NCBI GenBank assembly: GCA_963674865.2
Contig: CAXXYE010000004.1
Coordinates: 256,001 to 320,000, forward strand
Source of the DNA: Candidatus Hydrogenedentota bacterium
GTDB lineage: Bacteria; Hydrogenedentota; Hydrogenedentia; Hydrogenedentales; SLHB01
Length of the DNA: 64,000 nt
Direction: 5' to 3'
Notes under the pieces: generated by a model
Seen by the model: only the letters and a program-made list of their open reading frames with translations
Told to the model about the DNA's origin: nothing
Databases searched by the model: none
Shown: piece after piece, positions 36,713 through 44,340 of the stretch
Position numbering within the stretch: position 1 is the stretch's first letter
How the letters are laid out: every line of letters starts with the position of its first letter
Position numbers and translations under genes: made by a program

Positions 36713-37059
36713 TGGGCCGGGGTGTCCATGAGTCCGTCGCCAAAGAGGTGGCCAAGGCGGGCGCACGTCTCGCTCATGTCGTGGGGAGACACCATAAGGG
36801 CCATACCGTGGTCGGCGACTGCCTCAACCAGTGCCGGTTCGGGCTTGATGCCGTTGAGCAGACAGATGCCTGCTCCGTCCATCAGTGCGACGGGACCCGC
36901 CAGCAGGGCGTGCGAAAGGTTGGTGACTAACAGCGTGCCATGTGTTACCTCACTCAACAGGTCGCTCATTCTGTCCCCCCCGTAGGCGCGCGTAATGGCT
37001 TCCGTCCCGGGGGTCAACAGACTGGCTTCGATGCTCGCTGCAATGTTTTCTGGTGTCAT
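36709..37059 (-). CDS. DRTGG-domain protein (first gene of the hydrogenase operon)
   Basis: AYGGDRMSDLL, TLLVTNL, GICLLNGIKP; paralogous pattern to 34779..35132. Confidence 0.78.
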   Translation of the reverse strand: MTPENIAASIEASLLTPGTEAITRAYGGDRMSDLLSEVTHGTLLVTNLSHALLAGPVALMDGAGICLLNGIKPEPALVEAVADHGMALMVSPHDMSETCARLGHLFGDGLMDTPAQ

Positions 37060-37092
37060 GAAGGCGCCACCTTTTCTAACCGTGAAAGGAAG

Positions 37093-37108
37093 AGCAAGTC
37101 TCGGGCCA
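37093..37108 (-). promoter_or_regulatory. sigma54 (-24/-12) promoter of the hydrogenase operon
   Basis: TGGCCCGAGACTTGCT: GG-N10-GC, a close match to TGGCACG-N4-TTGCW, 33 nt upstream of ATG 37059. Confidence 0.8.
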
Positions 37109-37196
37109 GTTCGGCGTCATTGATCGATGTTGTCGTAAGTGGTGGCGATGCAATGACATGCGGCGATTGCGGGGAGTTGGTTCCGGCGGGAGGCCG

Positions 37197-37230
37197 TGTT
37201 CCTCTTTCTCCCATGGGAGATCTGTGCACA
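37197..37230. promoter_or_regulatory. Candidate upstream activator sequence (inverted repeat) for a sigma54 activator
   Basis: TGTTCCTCTTTCTCCCA|TGGGAGATCTGTGCACA: two inverted TGT-N11-CCA units around the perfect 14-bp palindrome TCTCCCATGGGAGA, about 90-120 bp upstream of the -24 box. Confidence 0.55.
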
Positions 37231-37303
37231 CGCTGGGGCCGAGAGCGGGTGGAGGCGGTGGCGTTCGGAAGGCGGGAGGCTGCGAGGCCTCCGGGTGGCG
37301 TCG

Positions 37304-38704
37304 TTACCGGCGGAAAGATTCTGCGCTAAAGCCGTATTTCTTCATGCGCTCGTAGAGCGCTCGCCGCGAAATGCCCAGCATTTGGCTGGTGGCCGTTACC
37401 TCGCCGCGTTGCTCGCGTAAGGCTGCCTCGATCACGGCAGACTCGGTGCGTTCCATCTCATCGCGCAGGCGGCCGGCCGTGGCGGGCAAGGATAGGAGCC
37501 GGGTCGGATTTCCCGGCGAATCCAGGTCGGGTTCTCCCGCGACGCCGTCGGCGGCGGTGAGTACCATTCGCTCGACGGCGTTCCGGAGTTCGCGGACATT
37601 GCCGGGCCACTCGTACCGCAGTAAACGCGCGAGGACGGACTCCGGTACTACCGGAGCGGGGACGCCGTAGCGATCGGCAATCCGCCGGGCAAAATACGAA
37701 ACGAACAGGGGAATATCATCCGCACGTTCTCGGAGGGGGGGGACGAAGACACGGAGCACGACGATGCGGTGGTAGAAGTCCTCGCGCATATCGCCGTCGC
37801 GAACTAATCGCGCCAGGTCCACTTTGGTTGTTGCAAGAAGCCGAACGTCTACCCGGCGCGCGGAGTCCTTGCCCAGTGGCTCAACCATCCCGTCTTCGAG
37901 GACGCGCAGCAGGTGCAACTGGGCTCGTTCGGATATGCTCTCGACCTCGTCCAAGAGGAGGGAGCCGCCGGTTGCCGCCACAAGCTTTCCATCGCGGTCC
38001 TCGGTGGCGCCGGTGAAGGCGCCTCGGGCGTGGCCGAACAGCTCGCTTTCGAGAAGCGCTTCCGGCAGGGCGCCTGCATTGGCCGCGACGAAGGGCCCGT
38101 CCGCACGGCGGCTCTGTGAATGGATGGCGCGCGCGGCGAGTTCCTTTCCGACGCCCGTTTCGCCCACAACGAGTACCGGTGCGTCGGAGCGAGCGGCCAT
38201 TTCGATCTGCTCGTACACATCCTGCATCGCGGGACTGCGGCCCACCATTCCGAAGCGGCCGTCTTCGCCGGTGGGCAGCATGCTCAGGCGCCTGCGCAGC
38301 TCTTCGCTTTCGCGCTGAAGCTCGGATTTCTCGACTGCGCGCTGTACGCGAGCCAGTAGGAAGTCGTCCTCGAAGGGCTTCTCAATGAAGTCGTAGGCCC
38401 CCGTCTTGAGGCAACGTACGGCCATGGCGACGTCGCCGTGGCCGGTGATCATCACAATAGGACACGGCACCTTGCGCCGCATGGCCTCCTCCAGGAACTC
38501 CTCGCCGTCCATTCCAGGCATCTTGATATCGCTGATGGCGCAGTCGGCCTCCATAAGCCGGGGCCAGGCCAAGGCTGCCTCCGCGGACGAGAAGAACTCG
38601 ACGGTATAGCCTCGGAGTTGGAGCATTTGGCCGATGGAGAAGCGGGCCGCCTCGTCATCATCTATGACTGCCACCAATCCGTGCCGCTGTTCCGTTCGGC
38701 TCAT
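37304..38704 (-). CDS. sigma54-dependent response regulator (NtrC/DctD family: REC-AAA+-HTH)
   Basis: VIDDD, SDIKMP, GETGVGKE, ESELFGHARGAFTGA, LLLDEV, WPGNVRELRN, LGISRRALYERMKKY. Confidence 0.95.
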   Translation of the reverse strand: MSRTEQRHGLVAVIDDDEAARFSIGQMLQLRGYTVEFFSSAEAALAWPRLMEADCAISDIKMPGMDGEEFLEEAMRRKVPCPIVMITGHGDVAMAVRCLKTGAYDFIEKPFEDDFLLARVQRAVEKSELQRESEELRRRLSMLPTGEDGRFGMVGRSPAMQDVYEQIEMAARSDAPVLVVGETGVGKELAARAIHSQSRRADGPFVAANAGALPEALLESELFGHARGAFTGATEDRDGKLVAATGGSLLLDEVESISERAQLHLLRVLEDGMVEPLGKDSARRVDVRLLATTKVDLARLVRDGDMREDFYHRIVVLRVFVPPLRERADDIPLFVSYFARRIADRYGVPAPVVPESVLARLLRYEWPGNVRELRNAVERMVLTAADGVAGEPDLDSPGNPTRLLSLPATAGRLRDEMERTESAVIEAALREQRGEVTATSQMLGISRRALYERMKKYGFSAESFRR

Positions 38705-40191
38705 GATTCGTCCGATGCCTCCTGGGCCGATGCGCCGGCCTCCGCAGTTTCGGCGGCGGGCAAACGTACCGTGAAGGTCGCGCCGCGCCCATCGTCGCTG
38801 TGGGCTTCGATGCTGCCGTTGTGGTCTTTGACGATGCTCAACGATATCGAGAGTCCCAGGCCTGTGCCGTGGCGGCTCTTCTTGGTGCTGTAGAAGGGCG
38901 CGAAAAGCCTTTCGGTTGTTTCCGGAGCGAATCCCTTGCCCGTATCGACGATCTCTATGACGACGGGGCGGTCGTTCTCCGGCTCGTGCCGCGTTCGGAT
39001 TTCGAGCCGGCGTACCTCCATGTCCTCCATGGCTTGGCGGGCGTTCGTGAGCAGATTCAGAAAGACTTGCTCTAAGCGTATTGCGTCCCCGGACACCGGG
39101 GGCAGGTCTTCCGCGAGCGAATGCGAGACGGATACGCCCGAAAGTCTCAACTGGGGCATCACGAACTCGACGGTTTCGACAAGCTTCTGGTTGATGTCCA
39201 CGAGGGCAAACTGCCGCTCCGATCGGCGGGCCAGTTCGCGCATCTGCGCAATGATCCTCGAGGCCCTGTCCACCTGGCCCGCGATCAGGCGTAGATTCTC
39301 CGCCACGTCACCGACATTTTCCCGGAGCATGTAGGATGCGTTTTGGGCGTAGTTCTTGATGCCTGTCAACGGCTGGTTCAATTCATGGGCGATTCCTGCC
39401 GCCATCTCGCCCATCTCCGCCAGACGTGTCGAGTGAACCAGTTGCTCCTCTTGTTTCCGGGCGAGTCTGGAAAGCTCTTGGTGCTTGGCCTCGATTCGCT
39501 CCATTTCCGAAATGTCATAGACACTGGCCAACACCGCGCGTTTCCCTTCGTATTCCACCAGCGAACTCGCGATGTCTCCCCAGACGGTGCGGCCATCCTT
39601 GGCCACGAGACGGCAATCGTAACGCAGGTCGGAAGCGGCTGCGTTCTTGCGAGACGCCACCAGTTCCCGCACCTTAGGTTGATCATCTTTATGGATGAAG
39701 TCCCAGAATGGCCGCCCGGCCACTTCGTCGAAGCGATATCCCATGAACTCCTGGATGCGGGGATTGGCGTAGAGAATGCCCTCATCGCTGTAGATGACGA
39801 TGCCGGAAAGCGACTTCTCGACGATGTCGCGGTAGCGCCTTTCAGAGGCCCTGCATGCCCGGTGTGCCGCAAGGGCCTGATCCCGAACGGCGCCCAATCC
39901 GAGGGCCACGACGAAGAATGATACGAGGCGCGCCGAGTCGCCCCACGGATCAGGTGTGGCGACGAGCCAGATCCGCGCGGCAAGCGGGACGGCTGCAAGA
40001 ATGCCCGCCATAAGGACGCCTTTGCGGCCCCACCACAACGCACTGAGTACGAGCGCCATGTAGGCCAAGGGCGAGAAGAAGCTCTCGGAACGCGCGTTGC
40101 CGGCATGCACCACCATCAGAACGCAATACGCGGCCCCCAGCGCGAGAATCGCGGACGTCTGGAGCCATTGTGACCTTCGAGGCATACGCAT
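38701..40191 (-). CDS. Membrane PAS-domain sensor histidine kinase
   Basis: N-terminal TM helices, PAS (SERRYRDIVE...YANP...FIHKDD), AHELNQPL, QVFLNLLTNARQA, DTGKG, GTGLGL. Confidence 0.93.
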   Translation of the reverse strand: MRMPRRSQWLQTSAILALGAAYCVLMVVHAGNARSESFFSPLAYMALVLSALWWGRKGVLMAGILAAVPLAARIWLVATPDPWGDSARLVSFFVVALGLGAVRDQALAAHRACRASERRYRDIVEKSLSGIVIYSDEGILYANPRIQEFMGYRFDEVAGRPFWDFIHKDDQPKVRELVASRKNAAASDLRYDCRLVAKDGRTVWGDIASSLVEYEGKRAVLASVYDISEMERIEAKHQELSRLARKQEEQLVHSTRLAEMGEMAAGIAHELNQPLTGIKNYAQNASYMLRENVGDVAENLRLIAGQVDRASRIIAQMRELARRSERQFALVDINQKLVETVEFVMPQLRLSGVSVSHSLAEDLPPVSGDAIRLEQVFLNLLTNARQAMEDMEVRRLEIRTRHEPENDRPVVIEIVDTGKGFAPETTERLFAPFYSTKKSRHGTGLGLSISLSIVKDHNGSIEAHSDDGRGATFTVRLPAAETAEAGASAQEASDES

Positions 40192-40478
40192 GGTTCATTC
40201 CGTTTTGCGTTCCTAATTCAATTAGCGGGGATAGCGCCACTCGGTGTGGAAGTATGCCGTCGCGAACGAGCCGCGTCAAGAAGTGGCCGGGGACCTCGTC
40301 GGTTGGGGTGGCGAGCGCACCGCGGTCTTGTGCCTTGATTGTGGGGAACCGAAGCGCGTGCTTCGGGTGATTCGCCATGAGTCAGGGAAAACGAGGGCCC
40401 AAGCCAGGTGGTTGCGCGGGGCATCGGGGGCATGCCGTGAACACGTGGGCTGAGGGGCTCAGTGCGCGGGGACGGAAC

Positions 40479-41909
40479 TTATTTGCTCTCAGTGTGGCCG
40501 CCCGCGTGGGGAAGGGCAGCGTCGTGTGGCCTCCCGGGAATGAGCGTCTGCCCGTCCGTGAATCCCTCTGGGCGGCCGCGCAACTGCTCAATCAGGCGTT
40601 TGCGCCAGAGCGAAAGCGTTTCCGCATGCTCGGGGGCCCGCGCAAGGTCCCGTAACTCATGAGGATCGGCGACGAGATCGAAGAATTGCTCCGATCCATC
40701 ATGTGGAAACCATATGTACTTCACTTTGCCGTCCGTGAGGTAATGATTAGCCTGCTCATAGCTGTAGCATGTTGCGTGTTCCCCGTGGACGAATGTGCGG
40801 CCTATTCCGTCTGTCCGTCCATGGAGAATGGGTGACAGGTCTTTGCCCTCCACCGACGCGGGAATCTCGCATCCTGCAAGGGAAAGAACGCTGGGCATGA
40901 TGTCCTGATGGCATACGGGGATGTCGCATACGGCGCCCGCCGCCACGCCGGGGCCAGACATGAGGAATGGCACTCGAGCCGACCCGTCGTACGCATAGCA
41001 TTTGCGGAAGAGGTAGTGATCGCCGAGCATTTCGCCATGATCACTGGTGAAGATCACGTAAGTGTTACGTAAGTCATCGCGCGACAAGGTTGAAGTCGGA
41101 CCGAGAAGGCGGTGCAGTTGATCGTCGACATGGTTGATCAGGCCGTAATATCCCGCGCGGGCCGAGCGCAAGGCCTCTCCCTCGAGCTGCACTTCGGCGG
41201 ATGCTACCGGCAGGCCTTTACCTTTGTTGGGCGGCGGCGTTGCCCAGTCGCCAATCCACGGCTCTGTCAGATCCTGACGAAGATAACGCTCGAGATAGAA
41301 CGCGGGGGGCACGAGGGGAGGATGCGGGGCGACAAAGGATACCACCAGGAAGAATGGGCAGGAAGGATCACGGCGCTCGAGGAAGCGCAGCGCTTCCGTG
41401 ACGGTCCATGTGGTCTGATGCAGTTTCTCGTCCAAATGCCATGGGCGGGCCTGCCATCCGTTGAACGAGATGCCATGGGCATTGACGTCAACATCGCCTT
41501 GGCTGTTGGCGGCAACGTAGCGATCGTAGTCTTGGCCGTGGAGCACCATCTCATCGAAGCCGTAACGCTTCCGCCGGGGATGAAGATGCATATCGCGCCC
41601 CACGATCGCGGTGTGATAGCCGGCGTCTCGGAGCACGCCAGGCATCGTAGGCGGCGCGTCCCATTCGAGGTGGTCCCTGTAGCCGACGACGCCGTGGGTG
41701 GCGGGATTCTGGCCGGTCATCAGTGAGCGTCGGGCGGCGATGCAGCTCGGACAACTGGAGTAGGCCTGACGGAAATGGACGCCGCTGCCTCCAATGTGGT
41801 CGATGTTCGGGGTGAGCACATTGGGGTGATCCGCCAACGAGAGGCAATCCCCGCGCTGCTGGTCCGTCATGATCAATAGGAAATTGGGGCGCCGATTGCC
41901 GCGGCTCAT
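40479..41909 (-). CDS. Cytoplasmic sulfatase (Cys-type, CxAxR variant)
   Basis: RPNFLLIMTDQQRGD, CIAARRSLMTG, PHPP, SDHGEMLGDH; no signal peptide; AGGAG RBS. Confidence 0.92.
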   Translation of the reverse strand: MSRGNRRPNFLLIMTDQQRGDCLSLADHPNVLTPNIDHIGGSGVHFRQAYSSCPSCIAARRSLMTGQNPATHGVVGYRDHLEWDAPPTMPGVLRDAGYHTAIVGRDMHLHPRRKRYGFDEMVLHGQDYDRYVAANSQGDVDVNAHGISFNGWQARPWHLDEKLHQTTWTVTEALRFLERRDPSCPFFLVVSFVAPHPPLVPPAFYLERYLRQDLTEPWIGDWATPPPNKGKGLPVASAEVQLEGEALRSARAGYYGLINHVDDQLHRLLGPTSTLSRDDLRNTYVIFTSDHGEMLGDHYLFRKCYAYDGSARVPFLMSGPGVAAGAVCDIPVCHQDIMPSVLSLAGCEIPASVEGKDLSPILHGRTDGIGRTFVHGEHATCYSYEQANHYLTDGKVKYIWFPHDGSEQFFDLVADPHELRDLARAPEHAETLSLWRKRLIEQLRGRPEGFTDGQTLIPGRPHDAALPHAGGHTESK

Positions 41910-41958
41910 GGTGTTCTCCTCCCGGCTTCTGTGCCGATTCCTTCCAGATTCCTTGTCC

Positions 41959-44007
41959 CTACAGACTCCAGACGGCTACCTCATGCGCTGCAAGGGAGAA
42001 TTCATAGGTGTCTTTCGGAGAGCCTGTTTGCGAACCGTCGAGGCGGATGATCCTCCCGCTTGACTGACTGCCAGAGGCCGTGAACATGCCTGCGTCAACC
42101 GAGACCCGGCCACAGGCGGCCTTTTCGGGGGCGCCGACAATAACCGTCGGGCCCCGGGGACTGTCGTAAGCGAAGGCCAGAAAGCCTTCGTCGCAGTCCA
42201 GATGCAATCCTCGCTGGTTCACGAAACGCGCCATGGTCGTGTTGTGCGATGTGGCCCGGCGCAGGCGCGCCAGGGCCGCGACATACTCTCCAAACTCGGG
42301 CTCGTCTTCGAGCGTGCCTTCGCCGCCGTGTACCATCAGGCATAATTGCATGCCCAGCATGAAGGCCAGCGCGGCCCGTTCAAGTTCGTGGTCCACCACC
42401 CAGGACAAGATCGTGTGCGGCATGGCGTAGCGCATCATGGCTACGCGCTCGACTAACGAGGGGGAAGGAGCGGCAATCGACCAACTCATCCACTGATCAA
42501 TGTACGGCGTTGCGTGGATGTCGCACTCCTCGCCAATCACCACGGCTTCTGCATCTCGGCTCAGAAGGAGGTCTCGTACTGCCCCGACAAGTTTCAGTGC
42601 CTCATGATGTGTTGCACCGGGCGGCTGTCCGCTACCGATGAAGCCGTAGTCAGGATGGATCTCGAAAGGCTGGTCATAGAACATGGAGCGGTAGCCTAGA
42701 TCGAGGTAATCGCGTGTCAGTTGGAGCACGCGCTCACGGTGAGCTGGCGAAAAGGGACTGAATACATAACTTTCAGGGCCGATGTGCTTCGCCCAGAGGT
42801 CGCCAAAGGTGTGATTGCCCGTCCAGTTCTCCGTGCGGAACGTGCCCGTATAGCGGCGTTGCACGCGCTCCGGCAAATCCGGTGCAGATAGATGCAGGGC
42901 GACATTCGGATGGCGGAAGTTAATCAGCGCGCAAGTTCGTGTGCCGTCTTCTTCGGCCTGTCGCAGCCCGCGGCTCAGTAATTCACGCTCCTCGGGGCCG
43001 TAGTCGGTTAGGTCGCGGGGATTGTGGCGCGCATAATTCCCGAGTGTGAGCGTGTCCCAGACGCAGAGCATGTCGACGCCGTAGCGGCGTCCTGCGGCGG
43101 CTACTTGGGGGATGACCTCAAGGGGGCGGATCGGCGTGCCGTCGAATCCTCTGAAGAATACGTTTTGAAAGCCTATGCGGGAGCGGATTCCCGGGCGGCT
43201 GTAGTCGGGCGGGCGCCGGGCGTCGAACCAAGCGCGGTAGCGTTCGGCAGTGGCAGTCCAGTCGCTTCCGTGCGCGGCCAAGCCCATGGGAGGGGAGGTC
43301 CACGAGTCCCCGGGCCTTAGGGCGATCATGTGTGCCCAGCCGAACATGAGGCGGAAATCATTGCCGTATCCGGCCAGGTTCTCGATCCAGAATTTGCCGT
43401 TCCTGCCTTCTGTCATGTAGTTGAGATAGGCCAGCCCCCCGCCGGGGCCGGAAACATCCACCCAGGGACAGGCCAACTCCACGGGATAATGCCACCCCTT
43501 CCTCCTCCCGTTGCGGGCATAGTTGTTGCCCGCGGCGGCTTCCAGTGAGCGAGGGGCGATGATGCTGTTGGCGCCAAGAGCAATGCGGCTGCGTTCGCCT
43601 TGGTCGTGCCAGCCGCCCAGGAGGGGGAACGTAGTGTCCAGCACATCTCGCGGCCCCCGATTCGCCACGTGCATGGACAGTCGAAACTCGTCGGGAAGTT
43701 CGCCCGGGCTGATTTCTACTTTGACGGCGACGCCGGTTTCTCGCCCGTCCGCGTCCCTCAGGTTAGGATATGCCAGCACGACGCCATCGCCATGGCGCAC
43801 GCATTCCACCTGCGTCTGATTCTGACTATCGGCATAGCAGGACCACCATGAGTCGGCGGGGATGACTACGCGGAAAAGGCGGGCGTCGTCACGCCCCTCC
43901 CGGTGCGCATCCAGGTGGACGTGGCCCGCCACATCATCTTGGATGCGTAGGATCGAGCCGGTGCGTGGGTCGATGGTGACCTTCGTTCTTCCGCTTGTCA
44001 ATTCCAT
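41959..44007 (-). CDS. Hypothetical protein, probable glycoside-hydrolase-like TIM barrel with N-terminal beta-sandwich (DUF6259-like)
   Basis: Long well-formed ORF; HGSDWTATAERYRAW, SMFYDQ, VIGEEC pattern; AAGGA RBS before ATG 44007. Confidence 0.5.
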   Translation of the reverse strand: MELTSGRTKVTIDPRTGSILRIQDDVAGHVHLDAHREGRDDARLFRVVIPADSWWSCYADSQNQTQVECVRHGDGVVLAYPNLRDADGRETGVAVKVEISPGELPDEFRLSMHVANRGPRDVLDTTFPLLGGWHDQGERSRIALGANSIIAPRSLEAAAGNNYARNGRRKGWHYPVELACPWVDVSGPGGGLAYLNYMTEGRNGKFWIENLAGYGNDFRLMFGWAHMIALRPGDSWTSPPMGLAAHGSDWTATAERYRAWFDARRPPDYSRPGIRSRIGFQNVFFRGFDGTPIRPLEVIPQVAAAGRRYGVDMLCVWDTLTLGNYARHNPRDLTDYGPEERELLSRGLRQAEEDGTRTCALINFRHPNVALHLSAPDLPERVQRRYTGTFRTENWTGNHTFGDLWAKHIGPESYVFSPFSPAHRERVLQLTRDYLDLGYRSMFYDQPFEIHPDYGFIGSGQPPGATHHEALKLVGAVRDLLLSRDAEAVVIGEECDIHATPYIDQWMSWSIAAPSPSLVERVAMMRYAMPHTILSWVVDHELERAALAFMLGMQLCLMVHGGEGTLEDEPEFGEYVAALARLRRATSHNTTMARFVNQRGLHLDCDEGFLAFAYDSPRGPTVIVGAPEKAACGRVSVDAGMFTASGSQSSGRIIRLDGSQTGSPKDTYEFSLAAHEVAVWSL

Positions 44008-44340
44008 GGCGAGATGATCCTTTTCTCTGTTGACGCGGGCTGCGTGGGCGACGCGAAGCATCAGGCATCTTGTGTCGGCCAGTTGTGCCTACCGCAAGGC
44101 CACGCACCGCGCCCCCATCGTAACATCTCCCTGACATCGTGCTCACTCCTTTTGAGCCGATGCGGTGGATCGGGGGCCTCCAGTGATGACTCTTGTGCGG
44201 GCGGGATGTGCTGCATCGCGTTGGAGGGTGCTTCCCAAGTCGAACACCTTGACGACTATGTGCCAGGCTCTTATGCTGACACGAGCCAAGACGGCATTTG
44301 TGGTGTCGAGCGGAGCACGACGGATGGAGGAGGGCGCGGG

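Noticed and set aside
23503..40191. Hydrogenase maturases hydE/hydF/hydG or selenocysteine recoding in the locus
   Set aside because: No radical SAM CxxxCxxC or GTPase gene and no in-frame TGA at Cys positions were seen; maturases must be elsewhere if present.
44014..44340. N-terminal extensions in the ORF track (also 1360-1503, 35133-35423, 36713-36766, 29329-29373)
   Set aside because: Downstream starts have RBSs, signal peptides or stop/start overlaps and match family N-termini; the extensions look non-coding or overlap neighbouring genes.
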